DNA of 64,000 nucleotides from Candidatus Heimdallarchaeota archaeon (lineage in GTDB: Archaea > Asgardarchaeota > Heimdallarchaeia > Heimdallarchaeales > Heimdallarchaeaceae): contig JABCTC010000009.1 in assembly GCA_018238545.1 (NCBI GenBank), positions 30,709 to 94,708 on the forward strand. The letters are read 5' to 3'. The first letter of the stretch is position 1; every line of letters starts with the position of its first letter. The translations under genes were made by a program, and so were the position numbers. Of this stretch, positions 38,105-47,992 are shown piece after piece. Under the pieces are notes generated by a model, which ran no database searches, was not told the DNA's origin, and saw only the letters and a program-made list of their open reading frames with translations.

Positions 38105-38824
38105 ATGTTAGAACAAAATGGAATTCCAATATTAGCCTTGATAATTGAACCACTTGTTGCAGTAGGTATGTTAATACTAGCTGTAGGTGGTTTTATGAAA
38201 TATATAGAGAAAAAGAGACAACCAACATTATACCTTACTCTTAGCTTTGTTTTCTATTCATTAGGAATTGCAAGTAGTGGGATAGGGAAATGGATACAGT
38301 TCTTTGCAAAGGTATCACCAGAGGAAATATCCTATGCAGATGGAACTATTCTAATAGCATACGGGCTGACTGCAATTGCAACAGTTTTCTTGATGGTATT
38401 CGTGGATTTGGTGTTTCTAGAAGTTGGACCATGGTTTATTACTTTAGTTGGTATAGTAAATGGGATCACAGTAGGAATGTTGCTTACTAAATTAAACTTC
38501 TCAAGTAATGCTTATGATGAAGCACTGTCTATCGTAATATTTCATGCACTAGTAACACTGGCTTTAGTTCTATTATTAGCAATATCGTCCTTAAGAGAAG
38601 CTAAACAGAATAAAGAGAGATTGCCTAAGATAGGATTTACATTCATAGGTCTCTATGGTTTATTCGTGAGCATGGTATTTATTTTATTTGCAGTAGATAT
38701 TGCTCTCGGAGGAGGATACTCAGCATTTTATTATATGGCATGGGTATCAGCAGGAATAGGTTCACTATTTGGATACGTAGGGTACATTATGCCCGATTGG
38801 TTTAAAAAACTTATAAAAGTTTAA
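38105..38824 (+). CDS. Seven-TM membrane protein of unknown function
   Basis: Seven hydrophobic segments, ends YIMPDWFKK; GGTGA RBS overlaps the longin stop. Confidence 0.8.
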   Translation: MLEQNGIPILALIIEPLVAVGMLILAVGGFMKYIEKKRQPTLYLTLSFVFYSLGIASSGIGKWIQFFAKVSPEEISYADGTILIAYGLTAIATVFLMVFVDLVFLEVGPWFITLVGIVNGITVGMLLTKLNFSSNAYDEALSIVIFHALVTLALVLLLAISSLREAKQNKERLPKIGFTFIGLYGLFVSMVFILFAVDIALGGGYSAFYYMAWVSAGIGSLFGYVGYIMPDWFKKLIKV

Positions 38825-38951
38825 GAAAAAACCAGTTATCCATCTCTTTTTTCATTTTAACCTTAAAAATTGTATTTTTGAAAGATTATACGAGAAAATT
38901 ATTTAAATAAGCTACAATTTTGAATAAGAATAACAGTAAGTAGGGTTATAC

Positions 38952-40664
38952 ATGCCAAAAAAAATATGGAATTATTGTGAAGGTATTCCTGAAACAGTTG
39001 AAGTACCTGAAATAAGTATGAGTAAGCTGTTCAGAAATACAGTTGATAAGTATCCTGAAAGGAATGCAACTCATTTTAAAGGCAAATTCATGACATATAC
39101 AGAAATTGAAGAAGATGTCAATAGATTAGCAAACGCTCTTCAAGATTTAGGTATAAAAAAAGGTGATAAAGTAGCAATTTTAACTCCTAATTCCCCACAG
39201 TTTGTAGTATCATTTTTCGCTACAATGTCTTTAGGAGCAGTGCTTACCGCAATTAGTCCTCTGGCTACAGTTAAAGAAATAAGATTTCAACTACAAGATA
39301 GTGAGGCTAAAGCAATAATAGCTATGGATTTATTTCTAGATAAAATAAGAGAAATTAAAGATGAAACAAACATTGAGCATGTTATAGTCTCATCTGTAGC
39401 CGATGCATTACCACCAGTAACAGCATTTCTATATAAATACGTTATTGGAAGAAAGAATCCAAAAGTAAAAGGAGAATTAGTCTATAAGAAAGTTCTAAAA
39501 ACAGCTGAGAACAAAAGAATAAGTACAAAGATTAATGCTAAAGAAGACGTAGCCGTCCTACAATACACAGGAGGGACAACTGGGATAATTAAGGGCGCGA
39601 TGCTGACTCACTACAATCTAATAGCTCAAGCTACTATTTTACCCTATTGGGATAAGTGGTTACCTGAACGACCTAAAGGTCAGTATCAAATCCTAGGAGT
39701 CTTACCACTATCACACATTTTCGGTCTATCAACATCTTTCTTCTGGTCTATATCCGTAGGTGGTTGTTTATATCTAGTTCCTGATCCTCGTGATTTGGAT
39801 AGCATTTTAACCGAAATTCATAAGAACGGAATTCAATGGATGAATGCAGTACCTGTACTTTTCCAAAAACTAGCTGAGCATCCAAAAATCGGAAAGTATG
39901 ATTTAACCTCTTTGTACTTGTGTATTTCCGGTGGTGAAGCACTTCCCGAAACAACAACTCAAAAATTCGAAAAAGCTTCAAGATGTATTCTAGTCGAAGG
40001 ATATGGTCTTTCTGAAAGTTCCCCCGTTACCCATGTCAATCCAGCTAATTATGATAAACGCAGAGTTGGTTCAATTGGTATTCCACTTCCAAATACAATC
40101 TCAATGATTGTTGATATTGATACACACGAAGAGATCTCTGAATTTGGTGTTCCTGGAGAACTTTGGATTCGCGGTCCTAGCGTTATGAAAGGTTATTGGA
40201 ATAATAAGGAAGAAACTGAAAATACTTTAGTTAAGGGTTGGTTACGTACTGGTGACATTGCTACTTATGCTGAAGGTGGTTACTTCTCTATTGTTGACCG
40301 AGCAAAGGATATGATTAGCGTCTCTGGTTACAAAGTATGGCCAAACGAAGTAGAAGACGTTTTGTATACCCATCCTGACATCAACATGGTCGCTGTTGTT
40401 CAATCTAAAACTGAAACTGGAGAGATGGTTAAAGCAGTTTTAGTAGCTGAAACTGGAAGTAAAGAATTAACCCAATTAGAAATTAAAGAATTCTGTAAAG
40501 AACAACTTGCACCATACAAAATCCCTAGAATAATCGAATATAGATCTGAATTGCCTAGATCTCCAGTTGGCAAAGTCTTGAGAAAATTATTAAGAACAGA
40601 TGTTTCAGTTCCTGATAGTAAATCTGTTTCTCCTGAAATGACTAAAAAGGCAATAAGGAATTAA
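38952..40664 (+). CDS. fadD: Long-chain fatty acid-CoA ligase
   Basis: YTGGTTG..KG, EGYGLSE, RTGD, DRAKD, PRSPVGKVLR. Confidence 0.92.
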   Translation: MPKKIWNYCEGIPETVEVPEISMSKLFRNTVDKYPERNATHFKGKFMTYTEIEEDVNRLANALQDLGIKKGDKVAILTPNSPQFVVSFFATMSLGAVLTAISPLATVKEIRFQLQDSEAKAIIAMDLFLDKIREIKDETNIEHVIVSSVADALPPVTAFLYKYVIGRKNPKVKGELVYKKVLKTAENKRISTKINAKEDVAVLQYTGGTTGIIKGAMLTHYNLIAQATILPYWDKWLPERPKGQYQILGVLPLSHIFGLSTSFFWSISVGGCLYLVPDPRDLDSILTEIHKNGIQWMNAVPVLFQKLAEHPKIGKYDLTSLYLCISGGEALPETTTQKFEKASRCILVEGYGLSESSPVTHVNPANYDKRRVGSIGIPLPNTISMIVDIDTHEEISEFGVPGELWIRGPSVMKGYWNNKEETENTLVKGWLRTGDIATYAEGGYFSIVDRAKDMISVSGYKVWPNEVEDVLYTHPDINMVAVVQSKTETGEMVKAVLVAETGSKELTQLEIKEFCKEQLAPYKIPRIIEYRSELPRSPVGKVLRKLLRTDVSVPDSKSVSPEMTKKAIRN

Positions 40665-40736
40665 TCTCTTTTCTTTTATTTTTTCTATTTTTGTTTTATC
40701 TAGCTTTTCAAATCAATTAGTGAGACTGGTTACTTT

Positions 40737-41501
40737 CTAAACATTTCTCATTTCTTGGGCTTTTTTTAGTATTATCCTCTTAATTGGTTTCAAATTGAAA
40801 ATGAATCGTGGAATAGGTATAATTTGTTGGTTTACTTTTTTTTGTGTAGTGGAGGTAATCTTGCTTTGGAGTGCTAGTTCGACCCCTGCTTGTGTAAGAG
40901 CTCCATAAATAGAGAATATTCTTGGAAACTGGTTTTCCTTCTTTTTATTTTTGCCATGCCCCGTTAGAACACCTCCTTGACATGTAATCATGCCCCTTAT
41001 AGGTGCATCTAAAAATTCAGCAAATCTCTTGAAATACATGATGGATGTTTGGGTAGTTTTAGGTTCGATATTATCCGAGCAGATTAAGGCTACAAATGGT
41101 TTTGAGTTGATTTTTTTGTTAACATGGTGAAATAATAGACCACTTTTAGTTAGTTTTAAATCCTGGGCTTTACATGTCCCATAAAAACGTTCAAAAAATA
41201 TTTTTAAAAGTCCTGAAATATTGAAAATATAAACTGGAGATGCATAGATGACAAGATCTGCTTCCTCAATCTTCTTAAAAATAGCTGCAACATCATCCTT
41301 TTTGCTATAAACACAATTTAATAATCCATCTTTACTTTGACAATGTTTGCAACCTAAACACCTCTCAATTTTATAGTTCGCAAGGGGAATAGATTCACAT
41401 ATCGCACCATTATCTTTGGCTCCAGCAAAAATTTTCTCAATTAAGAAATGAGTATAACCTTTAGTTCCACTATGGCTACCATTGATAGCAACGATTTTCA
41501 T
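40737..41501 (-). CDS. Flavodoxin-fold iron-sulfur flavoprotein/FMN reductase family
   Basis: AINGS, CLGCKHC..C, ASPVY, LKIFFER. Confidence 0.85.
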   Translation of the reverse strand: MKIVAINGSHSGTKGYTHFLIEKIFAGAKDNGAICESIPLANYKIERCLGCKHCQSKDGLLNCVYSKKDDVAAIFKKIEEADLVIYASPVYIFNISGLLKIFFERFYGTCKAQDLKLTKSGLLFHHVNKKINSKPFVALICSDNIEPKTTQTSIMYFKRFAEFLDAPIRGMITCQGGVLTGHGKNKKKENQFPRIFSIYGALTQAGVELALQSKITSTTQKKVNQQIIPIPRFIFNLKPIKRIILKKAQEMRNV

Positions 41502-41607
41502 GACTAATATTATTTGAATGTAAATAAATACTTATACCTAATGATTACAAAAAATAACTGAAATCTTTAGAAAATAAATGATAAAAAGTATTGATATTTA
41601 AGATAAC

Positions 41608-42090
41608 TTATCCACCTGGAGTACCATGTGTGAATGCATCTTTCCACATGTCATCCCAAATATCTTCTTCTATTAGAGTTTCCTTTTGCACTATAGTTTT
41701 GAATATCCATCTTAGCAGTTCATGGTGCCTGAGTTCATCTTCATAAATTGCTTTGATAACGATTTTTTCTTTATCGTCAGAGCAACAAAGATTATCAAGA
41801 AAATCTTTGTATTGTTTCAAAGCCTTTGCTTCTAAATCTATATGTTCTTGAACAGCTGCAGCTATTTCATCTGACACTACTTCATCTATACCCGGCATTG
41901 GTCCAGTTAACCTGTCACGAAGAGCACAAAGCATTGTTTCATGTTTTTGTGAATCTAAAGCAACTGCTAATATCATCTCTCTGACTAAAGGATTTTTTAC
42001 TCCTTTCACAATTTTATTTGCTGTTTCGACTATTTTCTTCTCTACTTCAATTTGTTCTTCAAAAAATGCTAATCTTTCTTCTTTACTCAT
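41608..42090 (-). CDS. Ferritin-like di-iron protein
   Basis: EVE, DSQKH, HIDLE, EDELRHH; ends HGTPGG. Confidence 0.8.
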   Translation of the reverse strand: MSKEERLAFFEEQIEVEKKIVETANKIVKGVKNPLVREMILAVALDSQKHETMLCALRDRLTGPMPGIDEVVSDEIAAAVQEHIDLEAKALKQYKDFLDNLCCSDDKEKIVIKAIYEDELRHHELLRWIFKTIVQKETLIEEDIWDDMWKDAFTHGTPGG

Positions 42091-42225
42091 ATATTGCACC
42101 AGTCAAATATCTATAATTCGTGTTTATCTTGGATATTATATATATAAAGATTCAGAAGTCTCAATTGAACCTCTATGTCTATCGATTAGAAAAATCTTTT
42201 ATGCACGTCAAAATTCTTATTGTTA

Positions 42226-43932
42226 ATGAGTTTAGCAATAGATGTACTATTAATTCTCATACCCTTCTTCATCGGCATTGTTCTACTCATTTTCTTTAAG
42301 TTTAAAGCAGACATGGTTGGAACGATAATCTTTGTTATTGTACTCCTCCTAAGCATTTTCTATTTTAACACAGACTGGAAAGTAGCGTTTATCGTATCCC
42401 TAGCAGGGATAATAAAATCATTCCCCATCTCTTTAATGGTATTAACTTCTATTTTGATGATGACTTATATGCAAAAAACTGGAGCTTTGGCTAAGCTAGT
42501 AGTATCTTTTAAGAAAATTGGTGGTGGGAATCAAGCTTTTCAAATCATGATCATTAATTTAGCTCTTGGAACATTTTTAGTATCAATAGGAGCAACCCCA
42601 ATTACAATGTTACCTCCTGTATTAGCAGCTATGGGATACTCTGCTTTTGCGTCAGTAGCTCTACCAGCTATAGGATATGACCCTTTATGTACTTATGCGC
42701 TTCTAGCTGTCCCTGCATCAGTCTTTGCAGATTTCATGGGAATAACATTAGTTGAATCAGGAAGAGCATTCTCATATTATATGCCATTGGTTACTTTAGG
42801 AATTGCAATGGGTATGTTATGGTTAGCTGGTGGAAAGAAACTTCTGTTTAGTAAAGATGGGCTATTGTTTGGACTAATAGGCGGATTAACAGCTGGTATG
42901 ACTGCTTTAGGTGCTAATCTTTTAACTCTCTTACCATTAGGCAATTCTTTTGCTGAAGTCTTAGTACTTCTAACTGGAGTAATTGCAGGAATAGTTACAG
43001 CAATGAGTTTGATTATTGTTGCATTAATAAAGAAAATTAAAATCATAGATGCAAGTGTTCTCACAGATGAAGAGAAAAAAACAGATAAATCTATGTCATT
43101 GATCAAAGCTTTATCACCTTGGCTCTTCCTTATCGGTTTTGTTATGATAACAAATCTTATCCCTCCAATATACACATTTCTACATTTTTCACTTCCCCTA
43201 GCAATTACTCTTGGAGAAATTACGATAAACACTGCAATATTCTCTCATGCTTATTTTTGGGTTCTAATAGCAACTGTCTGCTCAATCCCAATCTTAGGTA
43301 GAGGAAAGCAGACAATGAAGGTGTGGATTAAAAGATCATTCAGACCAGTTTATGCTGCGGCTATCTTCTTCGCAATAGCTTACATCATAATTTACTCAGG
43401 AACAAGGTATTCAAACATAATTATGGATGGGAGCATTATCTCACAAAATTGGCATAAATTTTCTAACAACAATATGGTAAATATACTTGCTTTGACCTCA
43501 GCAGCTGTTTTTGGTAACATGTATCCTCTAATAGCTCCATTTATCGGATTATTTGCAGGTTTTATTAGTGGTTCTGAAACTTCAGCAATTGCAATGTTTA
43601 CAAACCTCCATGCAGAGACAGCAGCTGCTTTAGGGATAAGTGCTTTAGCAGTTGGCACAGCTAATGGGATTGGAGGAGGACTTGCATCAGTACTATCTCC
43701 TGCTAAAATACAGAATGCAGCTGCTGTAATAGATCAAGTTGGAATTGAAGGAGAAGTGATAAAGAAGACAGCGCCAATTGCTATTCTTATGACTCTTTCA
43801 GTTGCAGCAATTTGCTTATGCTGGGCCAACAGTTACATCTGGTGGAAATGGATAATTGTATTCGGAATATTCTTAACAGTACTAGTAAGTCTTGGATTAT
43901 TTATCTATTATCGTAAAGAAAAACAAAAATAG
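42226..43932 (+). CDS. lctP: L-lactate permease family transporter
   Basis: Many TMs; PFIGLFAGFISGSETS and SPAKIQNA motifs. Confidence 0.85.
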   Translation: MSLAIDVLLILIPFFIGIVLLIFFKFKADMVGTIIFVIVLLLSIFYFNTDWKVAFIVSLAGIIKSFPISLMVLTSILMMTYMQKTGALAKLVVSFKKIGGGNQAFQIMIINLALGTFLVSIGATPITMLPPVLAAMGYSAFASVALPAIGYDPLCTYALLAVPASVFADFMGITLVESGRAFSYYMPLVTLGIAMGMLWLAGGKKLLFSKDGLLFGLIGGLTAGMTALGANLLTLLPLGNSFAEVLVLLTGVIAGIVTAMSLIIVALIKKIKIIDASVLTDEEKKTDKSMSLIKALSPWLFLIGFVMITNLIPPIYTFLHFSLPLAITLGEITINTAIFSHAYFWVLIATVCSIPILGRGKQTMKVWIKRSFRPVYAAAIFFAIAYIIIYSGTRYSNIIMDGSIISQNWHKFSNNNMVNILALTSAAVFGNMYPLIAPFIGLFAGFISGSETSAIAMFTNLHAETAAALGISALAVGTANGIGGGLASVLSPAKIQNAAAVIDQVGIEGEVIKKTAPIAILMTLSVAAICLCWANSYIWWKWIIVFGIFLTVLVSLGLFIYYRKEKQK

Positions 43933-43950
43933 AAAGGTAACTAAACAAGA

Positions 43951-44274
43951 CTATGATTCACGCTTAACAGCTTTTGTTATTAGTCTTATGATAAAAGTAA
44001 CTAATAATATTGCAAGTATATTTAGTGCTAAGAAAGCAAGAGAAAAAAACAATCCCATCCAGATTGATGAATATAGTATTAAATCATAAAAGATAGATAG
44101 ACCCACCAATAGCTCATAAATATTTGTAATCAGCCATAGTACATAGATTAATGCAGCAAAACAGGCTATGAAGTATCCTATAACTATACCAGAACCTATT
44201 AGAGAAACCATAACTGAATCTGAAAGATTCTTCTCTGATGTCTCTGTTTGGACTAAAGAAACTTGTTCAACCAT
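43951..44274 (-). CDS. Small membrane protein
   Basis: 107 aa, two long hydrophobic segments. Confidence 0.65.
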   Translation of the reverse strand: MVEQVSLVQTETSEKNLSDSVMVSLIGSGIVIGYFIACFAALIYVLWLITNIYELLVGLSIFYDLILYSSIWMGLFFSLAFLALNILAILLVTFIIRLITKAVKRES

Positions 44275-44325
44275 TAAGATAAATTAAGTGGAAATGATAT
44301 AAACTTTTCTCAAAAGAAACATCTT

Positions 44326-47118
44326 TTACTCAAATTCTAGTATCACTATCTCAAATGGGTTGAAGGTCATTTCAAACTGATTTGTAACAAGTTGTTTTTG
44401 TTTTGTTATAGTACTATCAATTTTCATTTGCTGTATGAATCTCAGTTTCTCATTTAGTTTTAAAGTCGTATTTTGTTTATTTTCATCTAGATTGTACAGT
44501 GTCACTCGAATTTTTCCATCTTTCATTCTTAAAGAAGATATTCTTATCCAGGGATTATCAGCTCTAATTACTGGTTGAATGAGTTCATCATTTTTCTCGT
44601 TTATTTCTATTATAACACTTTTTGGCTGAAGAGAAGCTGCTTCACCGTAATCTGATGAAATATACATCGGATCTTCTTTTGAGTGTAGAACAATACTATA
44701 TTCATATTCAAATTCTTTGTTTAACTCTTGAGCGCCAGGAGTTTCTAAGAAAGGTCCTGCATGAATAGGTCTCTCTGGGAAATCAGATCGTGACAAATAT
44801 CCTACTGAACGTAATAGGGTTAAAGCTAGGCGTTTACCTTTTACAACCTCAATCTCGGGTAAACCCTTGTTAATTAAAGTAAGTGACGAGTTTCCTTTAC
44901 TATCTTCTAACCGAATAAATCTTTTTTGAGCTTGGATTCCAGAGGCAGCTTCAACATAACTTTCATCACCTATGGGTTCAGTTTTTCTTTCAATAACTCC
45001 GAAGTGAGTTGCAGTTAGAGAATGGAGATTATAGTATGGAGTTTCAAAACAAATTCGAAGTCTATGATCTTTAGCATAATTAGTCAATATTGTTCTAAAT
45101 TCTATTTTAGGAGAGTTTTTGTGAAAAGTGAAATAAGTTGTAACTGGCAACAAAACCATTCCTTTTCTTCCATCTCTTTTATCATTTAATTCTTTCTTAA
45201 TTTTCAAAAACATAGTTTGCTTTATCTGATAAACTAAGGGTCCATTGGAAACAATTTTTCTTTTTACTTTTAGCGGTTTTGCGAATTCAGGTAAAACTCG
45301 ACCAAAAGAATATTCATCTCCTTTATCTCCAAAATCTTCAAAGAAGTGAATATTATCATAGAGAGTATCAGTTTTTTTATCAAATAAGCAAACTGAACCA
45401 TCTCGTTTAAATTTGAATTCAAAGAACTCATTTTCTACAATATTCTTCGTGAAAACAAAACTTTCATCTGTTAAAACTATCTCTTTTCTCTGTTTAATTT
45501 GGAATCTATTAAAACTGAAGGGTTGCAAAGGCAGTAAAGCTCCATAGTTCTGCTTTGATCCTCTTGTTGCTCTTATGTGGTATTTTTTGTATTTTTTACT
45601 ATCAAGTAATTCTCGAGTTTGCTTTAACAAGTCTGCAATATCAAAGTCCCCTATGGGCTCTTTACCCAAAATCAAGCGAACTTCACAAACACTTGGATCA
45701 CTAGTCTCACTAATGTGCGCTTCATTCAAATAATCATCAATCAACTTCCTTCCTGGTAACATTTTCAATCCAGAACGAAGCATGATTGGGCTCATTGTCA
45801 AGTCAAAAATAATATCTTCGTCTGATTCAAAAGGTTGTACTTCATATTCTATATTATCTTCTGATAGTAGACATTGAACTTGCATATTAGATGGTAAAGA
45901 AAATTTACACAATACAGGAATATCAGCACTATTAGTTGGATTGAAGACAAGTAGTTGGCTATTATTTTCTGTTATATTGTTATTTTTAAGAGATATCAGA
46001 TTATTATCTAAAGAACCTTCAGCTAAGCTCTCAGCCCAAAAGAAACGAGATTTCATTTCTTCGTGAACTTGATCGATACTGCACCCACAAATTCCATCAT
46101 GAGTATGGTTTTTGAGTAACCACTTCCAAGCTAAATTAACATACTGCACAGGATATTCATGAAACTCATTTAGACACATAATAGCAGCTATGGGCTCTAC
46201 ACAATTAACTAGAAGATCCTCTATTTTTTGGTTCCATTGTTTAATCCAAATACGTGTCGAATAAGTATCTTGGAGAAGAGGAGCCGTAGCAGAGGACCTG
46301 AATTCACCTTTGTGTTCTTGTGGTAGGTAATCATTCTGTTTAACTGCATCGATTAAGCTCTCAACAAAATCGTTAAGTAAACTTAATTTAATGGACCTAT
46401 CATCTTCAGTATAGAATTTAATTGTATTAATCAATCTAGGGTTTGGGAGTTGGTGATCAGTGCCATTCATTAGAAGATACACTGGAACAGGGGAAAATTG
46501 TAAAAGCTCATCAACATGTGATTTTAATTCTTCTTTGAAAGTTGAGGGATCGCCTGATAATCCAGCTGCATTTCCATAACCATGTGGCATATAAACTGAG
46601 AATAGTGAAGAAGAAGCTTTTGAATGACTCTTCCAGTAAAAAGGAACTGTTACAACTTCTTTTCCTACTCCCCTCCATAGAACAACTGCTTTGAAATCAG
46701 TTAAATCTGTAATGATTTGAGGAATAGCTCTAGAATGTCCAAATTGATCTGGGAGATAAGCTATATCCATCAGGGGTATGTTAAATTTCTGAGCTAAATC
46801 AAAACTTGTTTCAAGATTACGAATAATACTCTCTCCACCCACTAACCATTCATCAGGAAGCAAATACCATGGACCGACTGCAATTCGTCCTTTGCGTATC
46901 AGCTCAAGTAGAACTTCTTGTTTCTCAGGTCTTATTTCTAGATAATCTTCAAGGACTATAGTTTGTCCATCAAGCATAAAATAATAGTCTTGATCTTCCA
47001 TAATCTCAAGAAGATTATCAATTAACTCGATTAATCTATATCTGAATGTTTGAAAAGGTAAATACCATTCGCGATCCCAGTGAGTGTGTGGTACAATGAA
47101 GATTTTATCTGAAGTCAT
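44326..47118 (-). CDS. GH38 alpha-mannosidase (MngB-like), cytoplasmic
   Basis: HTHWDREWY, DGQ, GPWY, PDQFGH nucleophile, NGTDH, HDGICGCSID. Confidence 0.94.
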   Translation of the reverse strand: MTSDKIFIVPHTHWDREWYLPFQTFRYRLIELIDNLLEIMEDQDYYFMLDGQTIVLEDYLEIRPEKQEVLLELIRKGRIAVGPWYLLPDEWLVGGESIIRNLETSFDLAQKFNIPLMDIAYLPDQFGHSRAIPQIITDLTDFKAVVLWRGVGKEVVTVPFYWKSHSKASSSLFSVYMPHGYGNAAGLSGDPSTFKEELKSHVDELLQFSPVPVYLLMNGTDHQLPNPRLINTIKFYTEDDRSIKLSLLNDFVESLIDAVKQNDYLPQEHKGEFRSSATAPLLQDTYSTRIWIKQWNQKIEDLLVNCVEPIAAIMCLNEFHEYPVQYVNLAWKWLLKNHTHDGICGCSIDQVHEEMKSRFFWAESLAEGSLDNNLISLKNNNITENNSQLLVFNPTNSADIPVLCKFSLPSNMQVQCLLSEDNIEYEVQPFESDEDIIFDLTMSPIMLRSGLKMLPGRKLIDDYLNEAHISETSDPSVCEVRLILGKEPIGDFDIADLLKQTRELLDSKKYKKYHIRATRGSKQNYGALLPLQPFSFNRFQIKQRKEIVLTDESFVFTKNIVENEFFEFKFKRDGSVCLFDKKTDTLYDNIHFFEDFGDKGDEYSFGRVLPEFAKPLKVKRKIVSNGPLVYQIKQTMFLKIKKELNDKRDGRKGMVLLPVTTYFTFHKNSPKIEFRTILTNYAKDHRLRICFETPYYNLHSLTATHFGVIERKTEPIGDESYVEAASGIQAQKRFIRLEDSKGNSSLTLINKGLPEIEVVKGKRLALTLLRSVGYLSRSDFPERPIHAGPFLETPGAQELNKEFEYEYSIVLHSKEDPMYISSDYGEAASLQPKSVIIEINEKNDELIQPVIRADNPWIRISSLRMKDGKIRVTLYNLDENKQNTTLKLNEKLRFIQQMKIDSTITKQKQLVTNQFEMTFNPFEIVILEFE

Positions 47119-47184
47119 GTTATCTGTCCCTTATGATAAATAGTAATTCAAGAACAGAGGAAATTTTCTAATTGTTAAATATTC

Positions 47185-47201
47185 GCATGAAAATTTCATG
47201 C
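47185..47201. promoter_or_regulatory. Perfect palindrome GCATGAAA-A-TTTCATGC between the HhH gene and GH38
   Basis: 8-bp arms, 1-nt spacer. Confidence 0.5.
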
Positions 47202-47205
47202 ACAT

Positions 47206-47925
47206 CTATAATTTCAGCAAAAGCTTAGCGTTCTCAATTAATTTGGGAGCAGTTGCTGCACCAATTCCTTTAATCTTAACTAAATCTTTAGGAGAAGTAG
47301 TTGCCAAGTCTTCAGCGGTTTTTATTCCTGCTTCAATAAGAGATTGAGCCTTTTGTCCTACTCCTTTCACTTTAGCTACAGGTGTACTCGTTTTGACGAC
47401 CTTCATAGCTACCTTGACTGGCATTTTAGCTTTTGCAGGACTTAGAATCTTTTTTAATTCTGTCAATTTGGAAGTTCTTAAATCTCTTTCTGTTTTCTTT
47501 AGTTTCTTAATAGTCTCTAGAATATCTTCACTTTTTCTGACCATTTGAAGAAACTCCTTTTTCTCCTTTGCGGAAGACTCTATTAACAAACCTAACCCAT
47601 TAACAGATTCTATAAATGTAATAGTTGAATCAACGACTAACAAAGGACTATTTAGTTCCATACTCTTTCTGAAAGCCACTTTTGAAAGCATGAAACTCTT
47701 GTCAAAATTACCATTTTTATTTAAAATATGACTGTTGAGAAGCATACAGGCCAATTTTTCGTCCTCGTTTAATTCGATTCCTTTTTCGAGATTGTTCAAT
47801 TCGAACATCGCATTTTCCAAATCTCCTTTGTTCATAAGATCTTCAATCTTCTCTAATCCCTTCATGTAACTTCCAAACATAAGCTTTACCTCAATAGTGT
47901 TCTCTTCAGCTGAAGATTTCAACAC
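47206..47925 (-). CDS. TPR-like N-terminus plus C-terminal helix-hairpin-helix (RadA-N-like) domain
   Basis: VKGVGQKAQSLIEAGIKTAEDLA..LVKIKGIGAATA; true start probably one of the ATGs near 47865-47880. Confidence 0.8.
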   Translation of the reverse strand: MLKSSAEENTIEVKLMFGSYMKGLEKIEDLMNKGDLENAMFELNNLEKGIELNEDEKLACMLLNSHILNKNGNFDKSFMLSKVAFRKSMELNSPLLVVDSTITFIESVNGLGLLIESSAKEKKEFLQMVRKSEDILETIKKLKKTERDLRTSKLTELKKILSPAKAKMPVKVAMKVVKTSTPVAKVKGVGQKAQSLIEAGIKTAEDLATTSPKDLVKIKGIGAATAPKLIENAKLLLKL

Positions 47926-47992
47926 TAACTGAATCTAACTATACAAATAGGAAAAATAATAACTTTTCGATGCTTTTTCAAGTTTGCAATTG

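Noticed and set aside
38105-38824. Rhodopsin
   Set aside because: No Lys in helix 7
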